Notes under the pieces: model-generated | The model's input: the letters and a program-made list of their open reading frames with translations, nothing else | Databases searched by the model: none | Told to the model about the DNA's origin: nothing | Shown here: one piece after another, positions 29,122 through 38,137 of the stretch | Layout of the letters: each line of letters begins with the position of its first letter | Position numbering within the stretch: the first letter of the stretch is position 1 | IMG/VR virus record: IMGVR_UViG_3300046005_001016 | Location: 1 to 61,945 of that record | Strand: one strand, 5' to 3' | Origin: a virus | Taxonomy: Duplodnaviria; Caudoviricetes | DNA: 61,945 nt | Made by a program: the position numbers and the translations under genes

Positions 29122-29781
29122 ATGACAACCACAAAACCCAAGACACCGCTGTCCGTCGGCCGTGGCAAAGACCGCCCCAAGGACCTGGACCCCGCGATCG
29201 CCGCTGTTCTGGACGACGCTGCGTTACGCACGGCCAATCGCAGGGAACGACTGCGACAAGAGGCGCTGGACGCGCCGCAGACGCCCAATACAAAGAGTCA
29301 ACTCTGGGAGCGCCTGCGTGCGGCCAGGGCTTACGCGCAGCGCACACAACGGGAGCTCGCTGCCGAGCTGGGTGTGACCCGCGGCGCCATCACCCTGTGG
29401 GAGAGCCCCGACGCCGGCGTGCGCACCATGCCACGCACTGAGCAGCTCCCGGGGGTCGCCGACTACCTGCGCGTGCCGCTCTCGTACCTGATGGACGACA
29501 ACGTCGAGGCACGCGAGGTGTACAACTACGCGATGCACGCCGAGCGTAGTCAGGCCAAGCCACTGCACTGGGAGATGTCCGCACCGGTGGCGCCAGTGAT
29601 TGACCCGATGGAGAAGATCATGGCCGAGCTGGCCCGCATGCGCCAGCCACAGGACAGCGGCATGTCCACGCAGGCCCGCGAGCTGGGCGCCGCGCTGGAC
29701 GCGGAGGCGGACACGACCCGGCGCGAGGCCCTGTTCAAAGAGGTCATGCAGTTCCTGGCGTTTCGCCGCTCGGTGGGTTAA
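29122..29781 (+). CDS. XRE-family HTH repressor (no S24 peptidase domain seen)
   Basis: ERLRAAR....TQRELAAELGVTRGAITLWES...P....L..VA..L.V..SYL. Confidence 0.8.
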   Translation: MTTTKPKTPLSVGRGKDRPKDLDPAIAAVLDDAALRTANRRERLRQEALDAPQTPNTKSQLWERLRAARAYAQRTQRELAAELGVTRGAITLWESPDAGVRTMPRTEQLPGVADYLRVPLSYLMDDNVEAREVYNYAMHAERSQAKPLHWEMSAPVAPVIDPMEKIMAELARMRQPQDSGMSTQARELGAALDAEADTTRREALFKEVMQFLAFRRSVG

Positions 29782-30148
29782 GACAGCGCCGCCAGCGCCG
29801 CCGCGCCAGCAGCAGCGTCAGTGAACACCTGGGTGGGCCGCCCGAGGGCCCTGCGCACGCGGGCGCACTCCAGGTAAAGGTCAAGGTCCTCGAAAGGCAC
29901 AACCCATACGGCGTGCCCACAGGGGGTGGTTTTTAATTGGATCATTTTTTGGTTCTCTATGTGTGACAGGGAGCGGACTTTAGGCACACGTGGGACCTCT
30001 GTCTATCCCCCGACGTAACATTTAGTTACGCCCCCCCCGGTGTTGTTTTCCTGCAACCTAAAAATAATTGTTTATAAGCGGCGCAATGCGGCCCAATGCG
30101 ATATAGTTGGCTCACCAAATGACAGTACAACTAACCGCAAGGAGAATT

Positions 30149-30664
30149 ATGCAAGTAGCAATTCGCTTCTATGTCGAAGGCAATGTCCGCCTGACCGACT
30201 TTGAATCCACCGCCGAGGCCGTGGACCACGTTGCCAGGACAGGCGACATCAGCCGCCTGACGATCGAGGTCGTTGAGCCCTTTGTGCGTGTTGCCGCGCC
30301 AGCACAGGTTAGTTCTACTACTGTGAAGCGTAAAAACAAATTACTCTCTGGGGTGGTAACACCCCCCGCCCAGCCGGTTGGTGGCGGTGAAAACCCCGGC
30401 AGCGTTGAGGAGGCATCTTTCACCTCTGTCAGCGCCGGCACAGATGCTCCGGCGGTCGCGGAATCCTCCGTGGAGCCGGAGCGTGTCGTCACCATCAGCA
30501 TGATCCGCACCGAGGCCAGCGCCTTGATGCAGAGCCACACGGACGGCAAGGCCCAACTGGCCGCGCTGCTGGCCAAGTACGGCGTCACCAACCTGACCAG
30601 CCTGGGTGAGAAGACCTCCAGCCTGGCCGCTTTCTACGTAGAACTCCTTGAGGCATCAGCATGA
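30149..30664 (+). CDS. Hypothetical replication-module protein
   Basis: AGGAG RBS before 30149; C-terminal LLAKYGV..L..L motif. Confidence 0.65.
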   Translation: MQVAIRFYVEGNVRLTDFESTAEAVDHVARTGDISRLTIEVVEPFVRVAAPAQVSSTTVKRKNKLLSGVVTPPAQPVGGGENPGSVEEASFTSVSAGTDAPAVAESSVEPERVVTISMIRTEASALMQSHTDGKAQLAALLAKYGVTNLTSLGEKTSSLAAFYVELLEASA

Positions 30665-30942
30665 GCGACATTACCAACCCCCTGCGTGCGGACGCCGTGG
30701 TCGTCTTGAACGACGAAGCCAATGGCGACGTCTCGATTGAAGTCCGTTTCCCCAGTGACACACCGGATCTGGAGAAACCGTCCACCTGGATCGCGCAGTT
30801 CTTGATCCTGAACTGGCCATCGATCGTGCACGCCACGGTCAAAGGCCGCCAGGCCACCCAGAACGAAGAGGCAGTCACGGACGCGGTGGTCAAACCCACA
30901 GGTCTGCGCTTGATCAACCCCAAGGGCGGGTTCGTCAAGTGA
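30661..30942 (+). CDS. Hypothetical protein
   Basis: ATGA-coupled ORF. Confidence 0.6.
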   Translation: MSDITNPLRADAVVVLNDEANGDVSIEVRFPSDTPDLEKPSTWIAQFLILNWPSIVHATVKGRQATQNEEAVTDAVVKPTGLRLINPKGGFVK

Positions 30943-31169
30943 AGCGAAACCCAATTGAGGTGGCGCGGGAGGAGTGCCGCGTGGCACACGCCGCGGTACT
31001 GCTGCACGAGGCGGGGTCTTTGAAGCTCTGGGCCGCCTCGGCGAACGGGTTCACTGCCTGGGCTCAGTACTTCAAAGAGACCCCTGCGCGCTGCAAGGTG
31101 AACAACCGTTGGACTGCGGCCAAGGCCGTGCTCCAGAAATTAACCAAAAAACCAGGGAAACCAGAATGA
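30939..31169 (+). CDS. Hypothetical protein
   Basis: GTGA-coupled ORF. Confidence 0.5.
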   Translation: MKRNPIEVAREECRVAHAAVLLHEAGSLKLWAASANGFTAWAQYFKETPARCKVNNRWTAAKAVLQKLTKKPGKPE

Positions 31170-32410
31170 CGATCCACGCTATCGGATTCGCCGCACCAAT
31201 CACCGCAGCCATAGAGCACGCGGCCCGTGCGCACGCGGTCCTCTCCGCCAGCTCCAGCTCCATGTGGCTGAACTGCACGCCCTCCGCGCGCCTGAACGAC
31301 GCCGCACCGGAGCGTGGCGACAAGACAGCCGCAAACAAGGGCACCTTGTGCCATGAGTCCACGGAGTCCGCACTGCGGATGTTCCTGGGGATCATCAGTG
31401 TCCAGGACCACAAGGAGAACACGGCGTCCACCCACGCCAATCCACTGTGGGACTCCGAGATGACGGCCGCCGTGGCCACCGCTTTTGAGTACGGTCGTAC
31501 CCAAATCGATGCCGCTTGGGCTGAGTTTGGCAAAGACAACGTGGTCATCAAGCTCGAGGAGCGTGTGGACTTCAGCCGCTGGGTGCCCGAGGGGTTCGGC
31601 TCCGCGGATCTAGTGATCATCACACCGGCGTACATCAAGGTCATCGACTGGAAGTTTGGCATCGGCAAGGTCTGGGCGGACGGCAACCCTCAGATGCGCC
31701 TGTACGGCGCCGGCACTTACGACACCTACGGCATGCTGTTTGGCTCACCGGTGGTGGAGATGGTGATCGTGCAACCGTTCCTCGACGCTGTCGAGAGCGA
31801 GACGATGGACACTGACGTGCTGATGGCATGGATGGACGACTACGTGCAGCCCCGCGCTGCGCTGGCCTGGGCGGGTACGGGCGACTTTAACCCCACGGCC
31901 AAGGGCTGCCAGTGGTGCAAGGTACGCAGCGAATGCCGTGCGAGAGCCGAGCAGCAGCTAGCAGTCGCCGGTGATGCATTCACGCTGCCGGCACTCTTGG
32001 TGGACGATGAACTGGCTGCGATCTTCTTGAAGATCAAGGGTCTGCGCGCATGGGCCAACGACATCGAGGAGCATGTGATCGACCTGGTGGTGGACAAGAA
32101 GCACACCGTCGCGGGTCTGAAGATTGTTGAGGGTAAGAGCAACCGCTTTATCAGCAACATGACCCAGGCCAAGGCCAAGCTGCGCGAAGCGGGCTACCCG
32201 GACGACGCTGTCATGGCGCCAGTCCCAACCGAGCGCCAGCTCCTGGGCCTGACAGCGTTGGAGAAATCAATCGGCAAGAAAAAGTTCACCGAGATGATGG
32301 CGGGCATCGTGGTCAAGCCAGTCGGCAAACCGGAGGTGGTCTCGATCGACGACCCTCGTGAGGCCATGCAGGTTAGTTCGACTAGCTCACCTGAAGAAGA
32401 CTTTCAATAA
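31166..32410 (+). CDS. DUF2800 / Cas4-like PD-(D/E)XK exonuclease
   Basis: HAVLSASS...WLNCTPS, GT..H, FGSAD, VIDWKFG.G, QMRLY, CQWC......C, K.VEGKSNR. Confidence 0.88.
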   Translation: MTIHAIGFAAPITAAIEHAARAHAVLSASSSSMWLNCTPSARLNDAAPERGDKTAANKGTLCHESTESALRMFLGIISVQDHKENTASTHANPLWDSEMTAAVATAFEYGRTQIDAAWAEFGKDNVVIKLEERVDFSRWVPEGFGSADLVIITPAYIKVIDWKFGIGKVWADGNPQMRLYGAGTYDTYGMLFGSPVVEMVIVQPFLDAVESETMDTDVLMAWMDDYVQPRAALAWAGTGDFNPTAKGCQWCKVRSECRARAEQQLAVAGDAFTLPALLVDDELAAIFLKIKGLRAWANDIEEHVIDLVVDKKHTVAGLKIVEGKSNRFISNMTQAKAKLREAGYPDDAVMAPVPTERQLLGLTALEKSIGKKKFTEMMAGIVVKPVGKPEVVSIDDPREAMQVSSTSSPEEDFQ

Positions 32411-32474
32411 AAACCGGCGCCAGCAGCGGACCTGCTGGCAAATCTGTAAACGTGTAACTCTAGGAATTTATCCC

Positions 32475-33068
32475 ATGGCAACTGAAAAAGCTCCCTCCGC
32501 AGCACTGGTCCTCGGCGCATCCGACCTGGTCCGCTTCTCCTACCTCACTGTGTTCCAGCCCAAGCTGAACTCTTTTAATGGAAATGAGGAGTACAGCGTC
32601 ACCATCCTGATCCCCAAGACCGCGGTCGCCGAGGTGAAGAAGGTGCAAGACGCCATCGCCGCGCTGAAAAAGTCCACCTGGACGGACAACAAGAAGTCCC
32701 TGCCACCAGGCATGTGGGTTGCACTGCGCGACGGTGACAAGGACGTCAAGCAGGACGGTTCCAGCTATGGCGAAGAGTGCAAAGGCCACTACTTCATCGC
32801 GGCCAAGACCCAGGAGCCGCCCGCAGTGGTCGGCACCACCCGTGACGCGAGCAACAAGCTGATCCCGGTTGGCCCGAAAGACTTCACGTCGGGCGACTGG
32901 GGCCGTGTGTCCGTCAACCTGGGCTCCTACACCAAGGGCACCGGCGGCATCGCGGCGTACCTGAACAGTGTGCAGCTAGTCCGTAAGGGCGAAGCGTTCA
33001 GCGGCCGCAAGACCGCCGACGACGCATTCGGCGCGTTCACGGACGCGACAGACGACATGTTGTCGTAA
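32475..33068 (+). CDS. Single-stranded DNA-binding protein (DUF2815 / T7 gp2.5-like)
   Basis: VRFSY..VF.P, YSVTILIPK, LRDGD, L..VQ....GE.F.G; acidic tail. Confidence 0.88.
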   Translation: MATEKAPSAALVLGASDLVRFSYLTVFQPKLNSFNGNEEYSVTILIPKTAVAEVKKVQDAIAALKKSTWTDNKKSLPPGMWVALRDGDKDVKQDGSSYGEECKGHYFIAAKTQEPPAVVGTTRDASNKLIPVGPKDFTSGDWGRVSVNLGSYTKGTGGIAAYLNSVQLVRKGEAFSGRKTADDAFGAFTDATDDMLS

Positions 33069-33085
33069 TCGCAAAGGATAGTTCG

Positions 33086-33210
33086 TCTATCCGATGGCCC
33101 TCAAGGGCCGTCTTTAGAGGTGTGTTTGTGGAGACAACGGGTTGGCTCCGTAATTCTGGCTGAAGTAACCGCTGCCTTACGCGGACCCCCTCGGACACAC
33201 CCCTAAAGAC
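33086..33210 (+). ncRNA. Structured intergenic RNA element (candidate)
   Basis: GGCCC-tcaa-GGGCC hairpin, then a long stem GTCTTTAGAGGTGTGTT/GGACACACCCCTAAAGAC enclosing internal hairpins. Confidence 0.5.
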
Positions 33211-33242
33211 GTTGATCCCCAGCGTCATTTCACTAGGCAACC

Positions 33243-33503
33243 ATGGAAAACATTCGAGATTTAATCGCCGAGGCGGACACAGACATCCTGTTCTTGAGCG
33301 AGGTGGTGTACGACGCTGCGCTGATCGGAATCGCGCAGCACCCGCACGGCCAGTCCGCGCTGTACGACGGTGAGAAGGTGCTGGATATCTTGATGGCCGG
33401 CGGCATGGACCGCACCGACGCGATCGACTACTTCGAGTTCAACATCGCTGGCGCATTCGTCGGAGACGCAGGACCTTCTTACTTCTGGAAGGTGCAGCCA
33501 TGA
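33243..33503 (+). CDS. Hypothetical phage protein
   Basis: D.ALIG...YD..K......GM...DA.DYFEFN..GA.VG...P motif. Confidence 0.7.
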   Translation: MENIRDLIAEADTDILFLSEVVYDAALIGIAQHPHGQSALYDGEKVLDILMAGGMDRTDAIDYFEFNIAGAFVGDAGPSYFWKVQP

Positions 33504-34072
33504 CAAGCCGCGCATCAGAAATCTGGAAAGACGTCCCAGGGTACGAGGGCCAGTACCAGGCGAGCACGTTGGGGCGCGTCCGTAGCTTGGATCGGTACGT
33601 TGCGTTCCCTCCAGGGGGCGCCGCGCGTAGCAAAGGATTCACTGCTGCTGGCAGGGTTCTGAAGCAGTGGCCGGCCAACACGCAATACTTTCGGGTTCGT
33701 CTCTCCGCGGACAAATGGATGCACCTGGCGCACCGGCTTGTGGCCATTACGCACATACCGAATCCTGATATGAAACCACAGGTAAATCATATCAATGGGG
33801 ACAAGCAGGACAACAGGGTCGAGAATTTGGAGTGGGCCACCGCGTCCGAAAACATGCTGCATGCCAAGGCTTGTGGACTCATCAGTCATGACACGATCGG
33901 GCTGAAGTTACGCAAGCGGGTACTAGGCGCACCCGTTGATGGTATGGGTAGCAACAAGGAGTTCGCGTCTACTAAAGAAGCCGGGCAGAACGGGTTCAAT
34001 CAGGGCCACGTCGCGCAGTGCGCTGCGGGTAAAGAGCGCCAGCACAAGGGCTACTTCTGGAGCTATGTATGA
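33500..34072 (+). CDS. NUMOD4-HNH homing endonuclease
   Basis: EIWKDVPGYEGQYQAS.LGRVRS; HRLVA; QVNHINGDKQDNRVENLEW. Confidence 0.92.
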   Translation: MTSRASEIWKDVPGYEGQYQASTLGRVRSLDRYVAFPPGGAARSKGFTAAGRVLKQWPANTQYFRVRLSADKWMHLAHRLVAITHIPNPDMKPQVNHINGDKQDNRVENLEWATASENMLHAKACGLISHDTIGLKLRKRVLGAPVDGMGSNKEFASTKEAGQNGFNQGHVAQCAAGKERQHKGYFWSYV

Positions 34073-36063
34073 GCCGTGCATGCTCCGTCGACTTCGAGTG
34101 GCGCTCTGGTTCAGACATTAAGCGAGGGCTACCTCAATACTTTGCCGACGCTGAATCAGAGCCGTTGTGCATGGCGTACTGCTTTGATGACACACCTGGC
34201 GACGTGCGCATGTGGGGTGACACCCCGGACATGAACTGCCCGGGGGACCTAGCGGAGCATATTAAATCGGGGGGCCTGATACGGGCTTGGAATTACGCCT
34301 TCGAACATCAATGTTTCTCTTGGCTCACGGAGCACCACGGGTGGCCTATTGTGGGCATTACGCAGGGGTTGGACCCTATGGCCGAAGCCGCCGCGATGAA
34401 CCTGCCACAAGGGCTCGGCATGTGCGGCAACATCCTGGGCTTGGATGAGAGTCTGCTCAAGAAAGAACGTGGCGCGTATCTAATCCAGAAGCTGTGTATC
34501 CCGCAGAAGTCCCGCGCCAAAGTGCAGCCACCGCGCTGGAACAACGACCCCGCGCTGATGCAGGAGCTTTTTGATTATTGTAAGCAAGACGTCGTGGCAG
34601 AGATGGCCATCACCAAGAAGCTGCACCGGCTCTCTCCGTACGAGCAGGCGGCCTGGGTGAAGACCCAGGAGATCAACCTGCGCGGCGTACCGGTGGACAC
34701 CGCGGAGATCGCCAACATCATCAAGTGCACGGACGCAGAGCTCGAGCGCCTGAACAATGAGCTCAAGATCCTCACGGACTATCAAGTCACGGACGCCAAT
34801 AAGCGCCAAGCGGTGCAGGACTGGTGCAACGTCCGACTGCCGGAGGACCTCCAGCTCCCAGACCTGACGGGTGACACAGTAACTGCGTGGCTCAAACGGA
34901 CACTGCCGGCGCCAGTGCGCCGCGCGCTGGAGATCAGGGCCATGGGAAGCCAGACAAGTGTCGCCAAGCTCGACGCCATGCTGGCCACCGCGGCGCCTGA
35001 TGGGACTTTAAAGCAGATGTTGGCGTACCATGGCGCCAGCACTGGTCGGTTCGCAAGCCGCGGGGGTGTGAACTTGCAGAACATCGCGCGCCCCTCGTTG
35101 AAAGACGACGAGATCGCAATCGCGCACGACACGCTGGGCACCGGAGACTACGAGTTGGCCAGCATGGTGTGGGGAGAGCGCCTAATGGACGCGGGTGTGA
35201 GCACAGCCCGCGGGGTGCTGAAAGCAAAACCGGGGTACAGGTTTCTTGACGCGGATCTGGCATCGGTTGAGAACAGGGTTGCGTCTTGGATCAGCGGGCA
35301 GACTGACAAAGTCGAGATGTTCGCCAAAGGACTCGATGAATATAAGGTCTTTGCATCTGAGGGGTTGTATTTAATCCCATACGAATCTGTTACCAAAGAC
35401 CAGCGCCAGGTCAGTAAATCTGCTTGCTTAGGAGCAATGTTTGGACAAGGGGCCAAGGGCCTGATCGAGTACGCCGAAGGGTACGGGGTTACTCTGGACC
35501 TTAAGCGGAGCAAAGAGATCGTTGACCTTTACCGCGCCAAGTACCACATGGTTCAAGCCTGCTGGCACGCCTGCGGCCGCGCGTCCATCATGGCTGTCGA
35601 AGCGCCGGGTGTGTGGCAGGAAGTCAACGACAAGATCGCCCTCGCGGTGAACAAGTCCATGAGTTTCCTGGTGCTGCGCTTACCCAGCGGCCGGATCATT
35701 CGCTGGGCCATGCCCCGTGTCGAGGTGCTCGAGACTCCCTGGGGCGAGATGCGCGCAGTGGTGACCGTGGAGCAGACCGACTCGTTCACGCGCAAGTGGA
35801 AGCGTGACAAGCTCATCGGCTCCAGCATCTTCCAGTCAGCCGTGCAGGCCACGGCCCGCGACATCCAGGTGTTCGGACTCATGACCGCAGAAGCCGCCGG
35901 CTACAACACAGTGCTGCTCGTACACGACGAGATCCTGTGCCACAACAAAGTCGGGTGGGGCTCTCCGGAGGAGCTCGGCCGCCTGATATGTATCCAGCCC
36001 GAGTGGGCCCAAGACCTACCCCTCGCCTTCGAGGGGTGGGAGTCAGATCGTTTTCACAAATAG
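34069..36063 (+). CDS. polA: DNA polymerase family A with 3'-5' exonuclease
   Basis: DFE, N..FE, YCKQDV; ASTGRF, NLQN, motif A DLASVENRV, motif B RQVSK...LG, motif C VHDE. Confidence 0.93.
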   Translation: MSRACSVDFEWRSGSDIKRGLPQYFADAESEPLCMAYCFDDTPGDVRMWGDTPDMNCPGDLAEHIKSGGLIRAWNYAFEHQCFSWLTEHHGWPIVGITQGLDPMAEAAAMNLPQGLGMCGNILGLDESLLKKERGAYLIQKLCIPQKSRAKVQPPRWNNDPALMQELFDYCKQDVVAEMAITKKLHRLSPYEQAAWVKTQEINLRGVPVDTAEIANIIKCTDAELERLNNELKILTDYQVTDANKRQAVQDWCNVRLPEDLQLPDLTGDTVTAWLKRTLPAPVRRALEIRAMGSQTSVAKLDAMLATAAPDGTLKQMLAYHGASTGRFASRGGVNLQNIARPSLKDDEIAIAHDTLGTGDYELASMVWGERLMDAGVSTARGVLKAKPGYRFLDADLASVENRVASWISGQTDKVEMFAKGLDEYKVFASEGLYLIPYESVTKDQRQVSKSACLGAMFGQGAKGLIEYAEGYGVTLDLKRSKEIVDLYRAKYHMVQACWHACGRASIMAVEAPGVWQEVNDKIALAVNKSMSFLVLRLPSGRIIRWAMPRVEVLETPWGEMRAVVTVEQTDSFTRKWKRDKLIGSSIFQSAVQATARDIQVFGLMTAEAAGYNTVLLVHDEILCHNKVGWGSPEELGRLICIQPEWAQDLPLAFEGWESDRFHK

Positions 36064-36073
36064 GAGAGACAAC

Positions 36074-36574
36074 ATGACAGAGCAAGAAAAGAACCAGTCC
36101 CTGCGCGCGCAGCTGGACGCAATGAACATCGCCACGTACACACCCAAAGAGATGGCCGATAGGCGCGAACAAGCGGCAGCGCTCGACATGGCGGAGCTGG
36201 CGCGCAAACTGTACTCCGCGGGCTCCGCCACCATCGGGGATGTCAACAGCAATGCCAAAGGCAGCGGCGCCAGGTACAACGGGGGTAAGCCGGACTTCAG
36301 CTTGATCCCAATGTGTACGCTGGAGGACGAAGCCCGCGTGTGGGCGTACGGCAAGCAGAAATATGCGGCCTGGAATTGGGCTAAGGGAGCGGACTGGGAT
36401 GTCCCACTTGCATCAATGCTGCGGCACCTCGCCGCGTGGCAGCGTGGTGAAGATAACGACCCCGAGTCGGGTTTGCCCCATCTCGCGCACATTGCGTGCA
36501 ACGTGCGCATGCTCACGCTGTACAGCAAGACCTACCCGGAAGGCGACAACCGTCCGAAGGAGTGGCTCAAATGA
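36074..36574 (+). CDS. dATP/dGTP diphosphohydrolase-domain protein (DUF5664-like)
   Basis: GKPDFSLIP, YG..KY...NW.KG, RHL.AW..GED.DPESGLPHLAH. Confidence 0.85.
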   Translation: MTEQEKNQSLRAQLDAMNIATYTPKEMADRREQAAALDMAELARKLYSAGSATIGDVNSNAKGSGARYNGGKPDFSLIPMCTLEDEARVWAYGKQKYAAWNWAKGADWDVPLASMLRHLAAWQRGEDNDPESGLPHLAHIACNVRMLTLYSKTYPEGDNRPKEWLK

Positions 36575-36828
36575 CCCAGACCAGACTGCAATCGCTGTAC
36601 GAGGCGCTGTTAAATATCCTGATAGGGTTCACTATCAATTTCATAGCAAACATGGTGATCCTTCCGCACGTCGGGTTCAACATCTCCATGGCCACCAACT
36701 TCTACATCGGCGGCCTGTACACGCTGATCTCCCTGGTTCGCCAGTACGCCATCCGGCGCTGGTTCAACGCCAAGCTGCACACCGCAGCCGCAGCTCTCGC
36801 TCAACTCACTTCAAAGGAATCTAAATGA
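36571..36828 (+). CDS. Small two-TM membrane protein
   Basis: MTQTRLQSLYEA..N..IG...SL.R.Y..RRWFN. Confidence 0.7.
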   Translation: MTQTRLQSLYEALLNILIGFTINFIANMVILPHVGFNISMATNFYIGGLYTLISLVRQYAIRRWFNAKLHTAAAALAQLTSKESK

Positions 36829-37064
36829 TCTACGCACTTCTCACCACCATGATCATCGTACAAACTCTGACGCTGTTCTGGTTGTACTTCACCCGCCAGG
36901 ACATGGCCGCGCTTGACATCGCGCTCTTTCGGGTTTGCGACCGCTGCGAGTTCTTGAGTTTGCAGCTCGAGGCCAACCGCACAACCGCCAACCGCCGAGC
37001 GGTCGCCGCAGCGGCCACAAAAAAGAATCCAAAGACCGTTGCTTTTGGCGTAAAAGTTAGTTAG
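36825..37064 (+). CDS. Hypothetical membrane-anchored protein
   Basis: N-terminal hydrophobic helix; AAGGA RBS. Confidence 0.55.
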   Translation: MIYALLTTMIIVQTLTLFWLYFTRQDMAALDIALFRVCDRCEFLSLQLEANRTTANRRAVAAAATKKNPKTVAFGVKVS

Positions 37065-37095
37065 ACTATCCATTAGCAGCATTTAAGAGGAAACT

Positions 37096-37443
37096 ATGAC
37101 CATTGAACAACCCACACAACCGGCAACCCCCGCGTACCTGGACGACCTGGCCACGCTGGACTGCTCGCAGTTGGGCAAGCTGATCGGCCGGTCTACCAAG
37201 AGCATCCGCATTGACATGCAACGCCGGCCCAACACACTGCCCATGCCTTTCAAAATCCCGGGCACGCGCAAGCACCTGTGGCGCGTCATTGATGTGCGTG
37301 CCTGGATGCAGGCACTCGCGGACTACGAGGCTGAACGCCGCGCAGCAGTTCGCGCAGCAGGTGGCGACAGCGTGCTGCGCCCGTTCCACCTGGGGCGTAA
37401 AGACCTGGGCGCCATCGCAACGGCGGCTCTCAACAAGCCGTAA
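37096..37443 (+). CDS. Excisionase/AlpA-like HTH protein
   Basis: LG..IGRS..SI........LP.P..I......W....V..W pattern. Confidence 0.65.
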   Translation: MTIEQPTQPATPAYLDDLATLDCSQLGKLIGRSTKSIRIDMQRRPNTLPMPFKIPGTRKHLWRVIDVRAWMQALADYEAERRAAVRAAGGDSVLRPFHLGRKDLGAIATAALNKP

Positions 37444-37604
37444 CCCCGAGAGCCTCACGGCTCTTTTAGAAAACACCCAACGCCATCCAGGTGGGGATGA
37501 GTGTTTTCTAAAACAGGAGGAACCCGGATGAACATCCATCAATTTGTAACAGTGTTCTGCACAGTGATCTGTGTGGTCGAACTCATCATGCTGGCGGTAA
37601 TGAA

Positions 37605-37994
37605 ATGAAGATCTGCATAGCTCTGTTCCCCGACGTTCTTCTGTTGGACAGCGTTTTGTTTGACGACTCCGGAAAGGTAGTCTATGGCTACGTGGTCAAT
37701 GGCGATTGGACATTCAGGTCGAACGGCATCCGTAACTTCGCCTACCGAAGCACTGGCGATCTGCTCAACCCCGTAAACAGTTGGCCGGCCGAAATGCAGC
37801 GCATCGTGTTCATACCGGCAGACAAGCGCGGACACGGGGCCGAATACGACGCTCCACTTAATTGGGCAAAGGATCAACCGGCTTTTGAAGGCGACCTAGA
37901 AGAGTTTCTAGACATCGCGGCAATTGATGCTGTCAACCATAAGCCAACGCTTCTTTCAGGCTTTGACGACATGGACGATGACATAGCTTTTTAG
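37605..37994 (+). CDS. Hypothetical protein with SSB-like acidic tail
   Basis: Ends SGFDDMDDDIAF. Confidence 0.55.
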   Translation: MKICIALFPDVLLLDSVLFDDSGKVVYGYVVNGDWTFRSNGIRNFAYRSTGDLLNPVNSWPAEMQRIVFIPADKRGHGAEYDAPLNWAKDQPAFEGDLEEFLDIAAIDAVNHKPTLLSGFDDMDDDIAF

Positions 37995-38137
37995 GACTGC
38001 GAACATGAAACACATCACTGGCGAGTACGCCACCAAATCTCAGTGGGCCGCACTAGCCCGCTGGGCCGTCAACATGTTGGTCATCCTCGGGGCCACCAGC
38101 TTTATCGTCTTGGCCTGTGGGCTGTACGGATACTTTT

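Noticed and set aside
33150-33185. Hammerhead ribozyme (CTGAAGTA)
   Set aside because: Does not match CUGANGA and lacks the GAAA core in the right stem context
33500-34072. Group I intron around the HNH gene
   Set aside because: The gene overlaps both neighbours (ATGA) and polA appears uninterrupted, leaving no room for intron structure
34069-36574. 2-aminoadenine (Z) genome cluster
   Set aside because: No purZ-like gene recognisable
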